This document shows positions 13,139 to 24,720 of a stretch of 41,999 nucleotides of DNA, one piece after another. The stretch spans positions 2,608,926-2,650,924 of the forward strand of contig NC_068990.1 of NCBI RefSeq assembly GCF_001194135.2. Direction: 5' to 3'. Every line of letters begins with the position of its first letter. The stretch's first letter is position 1. The stretch comes from Octopus bimaculoides. Lineage: Eukaryota. The notes under the pieces were generated by a model. It ran no database searches. It had not been told where the DNA came from and worked only from the letters and a program-made list of their open reading frames with translations. A program made the translations under genes and the position numbers.

Positions 13139-13532
13139 CAAGGAGGTTCTGAAAATTTCCTGGTTTTAAGATTGTCGCGGAACACCTGGGTGAAGGCCCA
13201 AACTTCCGAGTTCTTTTACAGGACTTACGAAAACTGAAGGACTGATGTAATAAATATGTGTATCTGAGAGTGGAATATGTTGAATAAAATATTATTTTCT
13301 AGTCTAGGGACAAGGCCCGAAGTTTTGCGGGAGGGAGCTAGTCGATTAGGTTGACCGCAGTACGTATCTGGTGCTTAATTTATCGACCCCGAAAGGATGA
13401 ACGTCAAAGTCGACCTCGGCAGAATTTGAACTCAGAACGTAAAGTCGGACGAAATGTTGAATAAAATATTAATTGACTGAACCTCCTATATTTTCCTTTG
13501 CCCAAAACCAGAAACTTTTCAGCACCCCCTCA
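13139..13532. mobile_element. Tc1/mariner-type MITE with TA TSD, interrupted by a SINE
   Basis: TACAAGGAGGTTCTGAAAATTTCCTGGTTTT (from 13137) matches the reverse complement of the right end, TATGAGGGGGTGCTGAAAAGTTTCTGGTTTT (ending 13534), at 25/31. Both ends are bounded by TA. Confidence 0.8.
13295..13453 (-). mobile_element. 5'-truncated SINE family B with 18-bp TSD
   Basis: Perfect direct repeat ATGTTGAATAAAATATTA at 13277-13294 and 13454-13471. The body is homologous to 13696-13861, 15334-15767 and 21897-22107. Confidence 0.9.
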
Positions 13533-13695
13533 TATATGCTTTACAGTGAAAGATACACTCAATTTAGTTAGGATGTTATTGACATTGTGCACGTTCCCCA
13601 ATGTACTTGAATGATGTAGTTTTAGTTGGATTTCAAACCACCCTACATTTTTCACTGCTATGTTCAATTTAATACTTCTAATATAAAACAATGAA

Positions 13696-13861
13696 ATTTT
13701 CGTCTGTTTTTATGTTCTGAGTTCAACTTCTGCTGAGGCGGAGTTTGCCTTTCATCCTTTCGAGGTCATTAAAATAAGTACCAGTTGCGTACTGCGGTCG
13801 ATCTAATCGGCTGGTCCCCTCCCCCAAAATTTCCGGCCTTGCAGCTAGAGTAGAAAAGAAT
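13696..13861 (+). mobile_element. SINE family B copy, inverted relative to 13295-13453
   Basis: GTTCTGAGTTCAA...GCCTTTCATCCTTTCGAGGTC...GCGGTCGATCTAATCG is the reverse-complement homologue of 13295-13453. Confidence 0.85.
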
Positions 13862-14079
13862 ATGCTCATTATTTGACTATATTGACTATTAGTTTTGTTT
13901 TAGTCACAGTCAGTGTCCATTGGCGTCGGTGATTGTGACTTAGATTTTTAAACTTAGATGTTATTTCAGCGACCCACTTTTTGACAAACACCGATTTTCA
14001 TCCGAGAGAGCACTGCCTAAGTATGTTCACACTTACTTGCAAAGCTAGGAACAAGGACAATACAGACATATATAAAAAA

Positions 14080-14137
<58 letters not shown>

Positions 14138-14874
14138 GAACACACACACACATACATTAACAAACACACACACACGTGCACACGAACACACACACACACA
14201 CATATATATATATACCCATATACATAGATACATATTTCAACGTAATCAGATTGTGGATGTGTATGAGCGCGCATCTGTGTTTAACAAACTCATCTTTGTC
14301 TTTTAAATTTCATTCAAAATCTATTAATCAATCAGATTGTAAAGTTATAAGCATTTGTCCCACGTGCCTCTCAACTGGAATAAAACCAGGACCATATCGC
14401 TGCAAGCTATTCATATTGACCACACAGGTAATCCTGAGATTATTTCTTTAATGGTTAAGAAGAACAGGAAAGAAGAGTGATGAGATCTATCATTACTTGT
14501 AATATTTAAAATGAATTTACATAGAAAACTGTTGGCCAGAGAGCATTTCCTTTGGTTGAGAAGCCGGAGAATGTAAGATTTCAGAAAGTAATTGTTACTG
14601 GAATTTTCATGAGGTACATTAAAAGTGTTTCAGATGAGTTGAATTGACATATTGTTATACAAATAACTGGTTCAGAGGAGCAGTAGCCATAGTAACAGAG
14701 ATAAAATAAACTGGAACATGCATGCTACATGTTTCTGGAGTAAAAATATTTTTGTTGAGGAAGGATTTACTTTGCGAATCAGCTGGGAAAGAGGATTTTT
14801 CGGATGTCAGTTAGAATGTCTGTAGCATGTCGAATTCACATTTTTAACCTGGTTTCAGCTATGTGTAAACACAA

Positions 14875-14990
14875 CTTTGATCAAAGACATTCTGTCTCTT
14901 ATCACATCAGCATTTTCTACTTCATAAACTCTCTTATCCAATGTGTCTTTAACACTTTGAGGGTGTAACATCACGTTTCGGTGCTATTGA
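14875..14990. mobile_element. Degenerate interspersed repeat (family D)
   Basis: GATCAAAGACATTCT...TTATCCAATGTGTCTT...GAGGGTGTAA is co-linear with GATCAAAGGCCTTCC...TTATGCAATATATCCT...CAGGATGTGA at 22230-22400. Confidence 0.4.
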
Positions 14991-15333
14991 ACGCTTACAA
15001 GAAATAATCTTTGTTTTTACCCTATTCATGTATTTCCCCAGCAGGATAAGCAATGTATTTCTTGTTACTAAAAGAGTGTTTTTGATCTTTTAGGCTAACA
15101 AGCGTTGTGCACCTATGCCAAATCGACATTGATTTACCAAGCTTTCCTATTTTTGTCAAACGCTGCATCAAAATTTAATAACCAATTAAATATATTTTTG
15201 CCGAATCCTTCTTCGTAGTACTGTAATGTTGTGCAACTCCTCCCCAAACCATTATTTCTCAATGGAGATTCTCTTATACACGTTCAATTAAAGATTAAAA
15301 ATTGATTTGTTCATTTTTACAGTCTACAAATAT

Positions 15334-15540
15334 AGGGTTCCAATTTTGGCACAAGGCCAGCAATTTGGGGCTAAGTATTAAATCGATTACAACTGATCCA
15401 GTGTTCAAATGGTATTTATTTTATCGACCTCAAACAAATGAAACATAAAGTCTACCTCGGTTGAATCTGAGCACAAAAACGGACGAAATGCCGCTGGGGA
15501 TTTTACTCGGCAGGTAAACGATTCTGTCAGATTGTCGCCA
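15334..15540 (-). mobile_element. SINE family B copy (first of tandem pair)
   Basis: AATTTTGGCACAAGGCCAGCAATTT...TTATCGACC...GTCTACCTCGG...GGACGAAATGCCGCT. Confidence 0.85.
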
Positions 15541-15554
15541 TACAAACTATAAAT

Positions 15555-15767
15555 TTCGGTTTCAAATTTTGTTTAAGTCAACAATTTCGGTGGGGTGGGG
15601 ATAAGTCGGTTACATCGACCCCAGTGCTCTACTGGTACCTTTTCATCGACCTCTAAAAGGATGAAAGGCAGAGTCCACCTCAGCGGCATTTGAAAAAATG
15701 TAAAGACGGACGAAATAGCGCTCAGCTTTTGGTCCGGATGGCTGATGATCATGCCAGATCGCCGCCT
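15555..15767 (-). mobile_element. SINE family B copy (second of tandem pair)
   Basis: TTTCAAATTTTG...CATCGACCCCAGTGCTC...AAGGATGAAAGGCAGAGTCCACCTC...GGACGAAAT...TCGCCGCC. Confidence 0.85.
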
Positions 15768-16423
15768 TTTAGTCTATAAATATTACAAAGCCTTATATCC
15801 TTCATGAGATGGAAGACGCTTATATTTTTGACCTACATCACTCTAGATTTCTCCATCAAGTAATGTATCTCGACTAGATTAACCCACTGTATTACATGGA
15901 TAGATTTGTTCATTTCGGAACTATGAAATGCAATGATAAACCCCAAGCTTCCAACTATTGTAGCTTAATTATAAATGGGAGATGTATAAAAATATTCACA
16001 TTGAGATTGCATTCTTTATACATAGATTTTCTTTTCTCATTTTTTTGGTTTGGCTTAAAATCTAAATTTTGTAGTGAAATATTATTTCATTATCAATCGC
16101 TCCGTTAAATTGTTTCCGAGACCTCAGTCGATCCTGATCGAAGAGTCTTGTACATAATCAAGGGGCTGCTAAATTCGACTTGTTTGTATTTCCAACCGAG
16201 ATATACATTATCCAATTTGTGTTTTTCCGGGCTGATGAGTTGGGATTTGAATGGGATACGGTTGTTCTTTCTCTAGTTTACTTTTCATGTAAAGAATCCC
16301 TTGTTGGTTCACATCACCCTGAGTTTTATTAAATCCATTCATATGAACACCATGAAAGCCATAATAGACTCCTTGTGAAAATGAAATAAGAATTTGGTTG
16401 TTAACATGAATGAAATTAAATAA

Positions 16424-16548
16424 TGGCTTAAAATTTTGTCACAGGCCCCCAATATTTGACTGGTACTTATATTATCGAACCCTGAAAGTACGTAAAGATA
16501 CGTTCAGAAAATAAGTGCGGACGAAATGCCGCTAAGCTCTTTGTCTGT
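16424..16548 (-). mobile_element. Degenerate, internally deleted SINE family B
   Basis: AAATTTTGTCACAGG...ACTGGTACTTAT.TTATCGA...GCGGACGAAATGCCGCTAAG. Confidence 0.65.
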
Positions 16549-18154
16549 TCTTACTTTCTGAGCAGAAGTTCCGCCGAGTTCATGTCTGTTTCATGTTGAT
16601 AAAGAATGCTGAATTAGAAATTAAGATTTATATACTTTTTCTATTATCTAAAGCACGTGGAGATTCCTCTAAAGTTCCATAATTTTAACATCAAAGTAAA
16701 ATTAAGTCACGAACTATAACTATTTCATGAAATGTATATTCCACATGTAATGTATATTCTAAAATTCATTGTATGTGAGGTAATATTGTCGTTACTTACA
16801 ACAAAAGACACATATAGGCTCATAGGTACATACGCGCACACGCACATATACATATGTATATTTGCATTTAGAGTTATATGTTTGTCACTTTGTCTTTGCA
16901 TATTTTGCCATAGAGAACTTCAATGTTATTGTGAATTATATTTAAATAACAGACCCTAGACTTCAGGTTCAGGTTCTCTGCTTGCTATGCATGTTCAATT
17001 CATGTTCTTTGGTTGTTATGCATGTAAAATCATTCGTTTATGATAGTATGTGAATAAGCGCGATTTGACTGGAACATGCTGCTTACAGTTGCTTATGGAG
17101 TAAGAGAGAGGTGGGAGAGTGATTACTATGAGACGAATGAGAGGGTGAGTGTTCTATTTAAGGGGAGAGAACCGCTTCAGGGTTCATATTTCCTCTTTAT
17201 GCTGAGAAATGTATTTTCTATCAGGAAAACAACAACTATTTCTATATTACCATGTAATTCATTTATTAGATATTCCAGTTGTTGTGGATTGTAGCAGTGC
17301 ACACTTTTTTCGGGCTCTTCAGCAGCACAAAAGTCGAGAACATGGAATTAGTTACTTTATAGCTATTAAAAAAATTAAAATTTAAATGCGATCGCTTTCT
17401 TAAAATTTATTCTTCTTCTAGTAATAGGAAAAATAAGGGAAGAGGTCAAGATAAGGATAGAAAAATCTCAGAGTAATATCAGAATTAAACATAATTACGA
17501 TCGACTTTCCAAGTTTTTTTTTTATTTTCCTTCGGAGAGAAAGAGAGAAGAATGGGAAGATGGAAAGTCCATTACTTGCCTTTGTGGTTTGACTTATAAC
17601 TATCTTTGTCTATGACTTCTTTTACCATCACAGAGTCCCCTTGTGTGATGGTTTTTCAAGTAGTTACTTTTCACGCTTTCACTATACAGTACGCATAAAC
17701 ATCTATGTTTTATTTTCAGACGTGAATGAAGGATTTCTGCTTGCATTTCCTTGTTGACTAATTCATCGACATTACGGTGTGTATTAAAATATATTAAAAT
17801 ATATTAAAATATATTAGTGTAAACCGAGGCAATCCTTTATTGTAACCAATGCCGAACGTTTAAAACAGTTAAAACTATGAAGAGAACTAACCATGCTCTA
17901 ACATCAAGTTGTGCCATTATGTTTTCTCAACGAGAATACTAAATTCTTATACTCTTCAACATTTAAGGAATATCAGCCTTCAAGATAAAATAATCAGATG
18001 GGATTATTTTGTAACGTAACAAAATTTAATACAATGTTCACAGTGCATCCTCTCACTGGCAAGGATAACTGAAGATCTTTAAATCCAAAACAAGTAATCT
18101 GATACTGATTAAAACTATATGTAATTTCATGGAAATACTTTCGAATATGACTGA

Positions 18155-18206
<52 letters not shown>

Positions 18207-19079
18207 GAATTAATATAAACGTGAGACTACAATGTTTCACCAAAAAGGAGAATTATAACTGTCACTAAATGTTACTAGGGTGTGAGGAATCACCTACATT
18301 TCTAGACACAAGAGCTCTACTGCTCTTGTTAACGCACATGCATGAAAACATACACTAACAGGGATCTGGTCTTCGAAAAGCGTCGATCGAGAATTCTTGA
18401 TACTGACTACAGCATAAGTGTTCAACTACAATTTGAGATTTTGAAGTGAAGCTCTTTATATATGGATGAAGGTTGCTTACGATTGTAATTAAAATTAAGA
18501 TTATTTATAAATAAAATAAGATAATGAATAAATCAAGAATAAATTTAAGAATATAATTTTAAAATCGGTACTACAAATAACTGCGTATAATGGTAAATCA
18601 AAAATTTAAATTTGAATAAAAGTATTAAAATTACATAAATTGAAGACTTGTACTAAAATTACAAAAATTATAAGTACACAACTGGAAAAAATGAGAAGCT
18701 TTAAATTTAAAGATATTAGAAGATGATAAGTTAGAAAAGATTTCAATCTAAGAATTGAAAATTAAAAAGCTGAAATTGACATGAAAGATTAATTAAAGCA
18801 TAAATGAATTGAAGGTAAAAGCAAACACTACAAAATAAATATTCAGCATCAAAATTTTAATGTTTGAAGGTTAAAAAATAAATTTGAATAAAAATAAATT
18901 TTAAAATAATTCTCTTTAAACTTAACAATACAAATCTATGTGAAATTAGAGCAATATGATATAAAGTAACGCATAACATAAAATGATATAAAAGGTCATA
19001 CAGTTAAATTTATATAGCTAAGAAATATATATTCTGTATACTTAAATATGTCATGGTGTGTGGATGGGTAATGACCTAG

Positions 19080-19505
19080 TTAGAGAAAATGCATTAAATT
19101 ACAAGAAATCTTTAATCTTGCTTCAATTACAAATGTATAGACGCTAGGCAGCGTTCCATCCAGTACACAAATGGATGCGGCGTTGATGGAACAAATCTTT
19201 GTTCAAAAGCATCTACCCTGAAGATTGCGTATATGTTCTTCAAGCGTTGTGTATTTAGGAATACATTATCCAATCTGTCATTCCGAATTTATGAAAGAAG
19301 TATAGTATTTCTTGAATATTCGTCTGCTGATTCTAGCACATATATCGTGCTTGAAGAAATAGTTGGTTTGATTGACAGGTTTTGTAAGTCATGAAAGAGC
19401 AAACCCATGATAAGAAGATAGAAATTTCAAGCACGAATATCTAATGTTTTCAACTGTATGTACATATCTTTTATCTACGCTGGCGGAATGTAATTTGAGA
19501 GACAT
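19080..19505 (-). pseudogene. Unidentified decayed ORF (141 codons, 4 internal stops)
   Basis: One frame from ATG at 19505 reads MSLKLHSASVDKRYVHTVENIRYSCLKFLSSYHGFALS*LTKPVNQTNYFFKHDICARISRRIFKKYYTSFINSE*QIG*CIPKYTTLEEHIRNLQGRCF*TKICSINAASICVLDGTLPSVYTFVIEARLKISCNLMHFL*. Confidence 0.45.
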
Positions 19506-20399
19506 TTATTTTTTCTACTGTCGACGGCCCAAGAAACGAATCATTCGTTGGCTTATCTGATAGTTTTTCTACCACATATAGGTAGCAACATTTTACGCAA
19601 GAAGGAGCTTACTAAGGAGCAAATTCAATTCAAATAGATTGCATAATGATACTGTGCAATCTCAGCAACTTGTTGCGACTATATAACGTCTCTAATATTA
19701 TTCAAACGGCTAAAATGTCATTATTATGCAACAAAATTATTTCAGTGTAATGAAAAGAAATCATTATAGTAGATTATGACTAATTGTATTTACCGATTAG
19801 CATTTTTTTAACGTTTAATAAATGAGAAAACAATTCATGTAATTCATTCTCGTTTAAAAAATAATAATCCTCTATACAAATGATTACAATTAAAATGAAT
19901 TAATTGAAGTCGCAAAACATACAAGTTGCCAAAATATAATAACTGACAAACATATATTATTTTTATAAATAGAAATAATTGTAAAAGAAGCTCCTTCAGG
20001 CTGAAATAGCATTTCTACGAAATCTGTGAGATTACCAGTACGTAAAACATATAAAGTTTCTAATGCACATAACAAATACATATGAATTATAAAATTAAAT
20101 AATCATTTTGTAAAGTTGTTTGATAAATAGCTTAAAGAGTTCTCGACAAAAAAAAAATTATACATAATTGATTAATCCTATTTAATTTTACAAAACATTT
20201 TGTATAGTTATGCAACAAAAATAGGTAACTTTAGCGCCGTAAAATGTAGGATATGAAATTTTATTAATACTAATTCAGTAACCTTTTTATTGTTCTTATC
20301 TCTTGTTCAACATGTATTTATCGTTTGTTAACAAGTTCCGTGATAGCTGACAGATAATAATAAACACATTAGGTGACTTCTAGGTTAGAAACAGGGAAG

Positions 20400-20540
20400 A
20401 CGCCTGGCTAAGGAGTTCGATTAACGATTCTAACATCGTGAGTTCAATACTGGGCCGGTCAGTACAATTTAACTTTTATCAAGGTATTTCATCACCATTT
20501 GCTTCTGTCTACTCTAAAGTGAAGATTGGGGTATTAATAG
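20400..20540 (+). mobile_element. Degenerate tRNA-type SINE head
   Basis: GCCTGGCTAAGG...ATCGTGAGTTCAATACTGGG contains A-box-like and B-box-like motifs. Confidence 0.45.
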
Positions 20541-20594
20541 TCAGTTAATTATGTAATCCCATCTCTCTCGCTATTTCTAACTATCATCTTTTCG

Positions 20595-21182
20595 ATGTTC
20601 TGCCGAGAGGGTGTTCGTGTTTGCCTGAGAGTGTGTAGATTATTAAATCAGTCAGAGAAAGCAAATGGTCCTGGATGTGGGTATATCGAACATATTCGAA
20701 GGAAGAATAAATGCTTGAATAAGAGGTTCGTATACCGCAGATTATTGCTAATAAGCGCACTAGCAAAGATACAGCCCACCAAACAATTAATACTCCCAAA
20801 CAGTGAATTTTATGTACATGGCTTGAATTCCTATAGATTACGTTCACCAGTAAGATCTGCGATCAATTACGACAACGAAATTCGCGTTATGGCATTTAAT
20901 GTTGAAGGTAATAAAATATAAACGACTTGACTGCATATTATTGAGATCTGAGAAGAAATCCTTACCATACATTTGAATGTCAAATCACCATTCAATGTGT
21001 CGACACTCTATGGCAGCTTCAAGTATTCCTTTATAAATTTAATTGATAGAGTACTTTGGGGTCTTGTTATCAGGGAAAACACGGATTTCTGGTTCCGTCG
21101 AACGCTGTTTCACCCAACGGTACCAAATATAGAAGCGTTAATTAACACTATCGTCAACCTTACTATTGGAGAAGTGAAATGA
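20595..21182 (+). pseudogene. Unidentified decayed ORF (195 codons, 3 clustered internal stops)
   Basis: Track ORFs 20595-20921 and 20973-21182 are in the same frame. They are separated only by TAA 20919, TGA 20928 and TGA 20949, and the translation is non-repetitive. Confidence 0.5.
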
Positions 21183-21896
21183 AAGTAGAATGAAAATAGA
21201 ATGAAACTGAAACAGAACTACGAAAAGTGTACGTAAACGGTTTAAACAAAAGTCGTCCAAACGCAAAACCGTGCTAAAGTGAAACCGTGCAAGCCTAGTG
21301 CAAGTAAAAGGAATATAAACCGGATGTAGAGTGTAAGCCAAAGAACCGCTGAAATTGAATATTCCATTCGATTAGCTTCGTAGAACGCTAGGGAATACTT
21401 GCATGAATTCCATACTTTATGCAAATACTACATAAAATATATTTGCATAAAAACTCATACGTTGCGATTGTGATAACCGCAAAGTATGTTAGCTAAATAT
21501 GTCATTTCACTCACTTATTTCTAAATAGATAGAACACTTGCACGAAACAATATGAACAAATGCCTTTTGTTCATATGGTTAAGTGTGAATAGTAAAACCA
21601 TATATATAGAATAATTAATCTAAATTTGGCCGCATCTTTATATGCAACGTTTCTAAATCACATTCCGTAGTTCTATCATTCCCTCGAGTTGCTCAGTTTA
21701 TTCGCTTTCAGAGCGTAGTATTTATACCATGTTGTTATTACTTCATATTTTATTTAACGCCGTCCAGTAAAAGTAAGATTCTGATGAATGTGATTTGCGC
21801 ATCAGGTTCGATTTCCATCTCAGGTAAGTTTTTAGTTTAACAAGATAGATAATATATAACAGTCATTAAGCACTTTATAAATACCTTTGTTTCTTT

Positions 21897-22107
21897 AGAC
21901 GGCGAGCTGACAGAAGAATTAGCACACCGAGCAAAATGCTGAGTGGCATTTCTTCCATTCTTACGCCCTGAGTTCAAATTCTGCCAAAGTTGACTTTGCC
22001 TTTAACCCTTTTGATGTCGATGAAGAAACTAGCAGTTGATTTCTGAGGTCGATGTAATTGACTAGACCATTTCTGCAAAACATCAGAACGAATGCCTGTA
22101 GTAGAAA
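21897..22107 (+). mobile_element. SINE family B copy
   Basis: GACGGCGAGCTGACAGAA...CTGAGTTCAAATTCTGCC...GACTTTGCCTTT...GAGGTCGATGTAAT. Confidence 0.8.
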
Positions 22108-22229
22108 TGACACTAAGTATAGAATACTGAATTAAATACAATGACAGTATTTTGTTTTATCCTCCGAAATACTGAAAATAAATAATATTCAAAAGGATCC
22201 CAGAAACTAAACAACATGACAGGAACAAA

Positions 22230-22400
22230 TTACTCTTGTTATTGTTGTTGCTTCTAGTCCTGTATCAGCATCGAATAGATTTACGATCAAAGGCCTTCCT
22301 GCCATAACTCTATCGGCGCTTTGTATATCAGAGACCACATTATTATGCAATATATCCTGCATTTAAAAGGGCAGGATGTGAGTTCAGGATAACGTGTTTG
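22230..22400. mobile_element. Degenerate interspersed repeat (family D)
   Basis: Co-linear with 14875-14990. Confidence 0.4.
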
Positions 22401-22599
22401 TGTTTTTGTTTGTTTTTTAAATTTTTTCTTACAGGACATGTTCCATCAGAACTTTGCGTTTTATGATAAATTTGTAATAACTTTCAAAAGATGTTAAGAA
22501 TCAAATCCACTGTGATCGTGCAGATGAATAATCAAATATGCTCTTTTATTTTCAGTCTGCATATGCAGGTATATGTCAGTCATCATTTATTCAGTAAAA

Positions 22600-22950
22600 G
22601 AGGTCTGTCATTAGAAAACGATTTTCCTATTTACTCCAGAAGGAGAAGCGATCACATAGATGCCTCGTTGGGGACATATGCGCTTCTATTCACATAGGAA
22701 CTTTTAATATTTCAAATTTCAATCTATACTAGAAATGAAATGCTGAGAATATTGGGAATGAAAATACAAGTAAAACTTAATTGGGATTAGTTCATTGACA
22801 TCATAAAGATTCAGCAAATGCCGAAATATATGAATGAAAACATCAAAGAAGAGGAAATTAATCTTCAAACAATACCTCAAAATGTTATCTGTGCAGTTTA
22901 ATGTGAAACAATAGGAAAACTCACGTATATGGCAGACAGAAAAGAAAATT
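22600..22950 (+). pseudogene. Highly decayed LINE (CR1/L2/Jockey-like) RT C-terminal relic
   Basis: EMLRILGMKIQVKLNWD*FI resembles LRILGxxFDSKLxWxxHI. The later VKQ*ENSRIW resembles VRPxMEYCSHIW. Confidence 0.35.
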
Positions 22951-23083
22951 TATCATGTTTCATTATTAAAATAAACTCTGATTTCTAAATTAAATACGTA
23001 ATCATTAAATTACACATGTTGCATATACGAGATGGACTAAACAAGGTAACTTGTATGATGGTATATATATATATATACATACA

Positions 23084-23117
<34 letters not shown>

Positions 23118-24365
23118 CATACAGGTGTGTGTGTGTGTGTTTGTGCGTTTGTGTGCGCGCGCATGGTTATGTATGTTTGTGTTTATGTATACATATGTGT
23201 ATTCAACGTATCCCTAAATGAATGCTTTCAACTATGTAGAGCAAACCTTAGCAAGAAAAAGAGTGTACTATCCAATGATTGAGCTTCTTTTAATAGGAGG
23301 CAGTCTACACTGAGGTAGCATAATCGCCCATCCTGTCATCAACTATCAAAGAACATTTGTAGATAGAGACTCGAATAAGAGACGATTAGGTAAGACGCGG
23401 ACCTTGTGCAACAGTTAAATTTACTGAAGTCTCTTTTTTATAGAAGTGCATTTCATTGTTAAGCACCCTATATATATATCTATAAGAAAAAGAAAGAAAT
23501 TTCACTTCATGAGATTATTTTCCAGGATTTTCAAGGCGGTATCACTCCGATGCCTGACAAGTTGCGCAGCAACAAATTTCATCAGATTTCACTTACGTGA
23601 TCACATAGTAGATGACGACGAATATTTTCACCCCCTAATCTATTAGCAGCTATTCTATTTCTTTGCCTTCCTTCCGGATTAAGTATACATTCAAACGAAA
23701 CACCAATTGAATGAATCCGCAGTCCGAGTGTAGAAATCTCTGTTTTTCACACACATAAATACTTATAGTGGTGAATATTCCAATACGTAAAAATACCAAA
23801 CTATTCATAAGAATGCTGCTTTACCGACTAGGTCACCCTTTTCGAATTTAAAGCATTGATTTTTCTACTGTATACTAAATTTCAGCAATTCTCAAATATT
23901 TTACATGGTGGAATGTATCTGCAATGATACGTGTACAGAAATCTCGGCTACAACGCATGACAGAAGTGAAATGAATGCATAATAATAGCTTAGAAAATAA
24001 AAAGAAAATTAATGAAATAAAACGTGAATTGAAATTTATTCTCCTTTATTCTTCTCTTATGTTGCCCTTTTGATGTTATAGAAATATAACTTTTAAAGCA
24101 TTTAAAACACACACACACTCACAATATATATATAACAAATACATTGCTTTCAAAAGGAAATAAAGTGCTTACGACTTCTAGTAGTTATATTAGTATATTG
24201 CATCATGTATATTCTACAACTAGAGAAATATTCATGTTCTGACTCATATAGTCGATAATATATAGTCTGCTAATACATATGATATCGCCGGTTTGACTGA
24301 AATTATATATATGTATATATATATATATNNNNNNNNNNNNNNNNNNNNNNNNNNNNNNNNNNNNN

Positions 24366-24720
24366 TCATGAAATGGGTTGCATATAATCTGAAATCCTGT
24401 GATGTAAGCCCACACATCTTCCGTCAAGTCACGAAGAATATTAACGTGTATATATATATATATATATATATTAGACAAAAATTATTACGTTATTTACTTT
24501 CATCTTAAAACTTTCATTTTTATAAATACTGACGGCGAATCCATCACTCTGGAATAAGTTGGTTTATAATATTAGTGCTAATTACATACTAACCTATGTT
24601 ATAAGGTCTGATTTCATGAAATGGGTTGCATATAATCTGAAATCCTGTGATGTAAGCCCACACATCTTCCGTCAAGTCACGAAGAATATTAACGTGTATA
24701 TATATATATATATATATATT
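24366..24720 (+). repeat. Exact 107-bp direct repeat (24366-24472 and 24614-24720)
   Basis: The copies are identical and the first abuts the N gap at 24329-24365. Confidence 0.9.

Noticed and set aside
17297-17328. Minus-strand CTGAAGA-GCCC-GAAA as a hammerhead
   Set aside because: No stem II is possible, there is no valid NUH site and stem III does not pair.
17850-18140. Penelope RT relic (NYM*FHGN resembling NNYFxFNG)
   Set aside because: A single weak motif that needs frameshifts, so it is not supportable.
18361-18390. GATC...GAAAAGCGTCGATC as a hammerhead
   Set aside because: The CTGANGA core is absent.
21821-21829. Perfect CAG/GTAAGT splice donor as evidence of a host exon
   Set aside because: There is no convincing acceptor or recognisable coding frame, and such 9-mers arise by chance.
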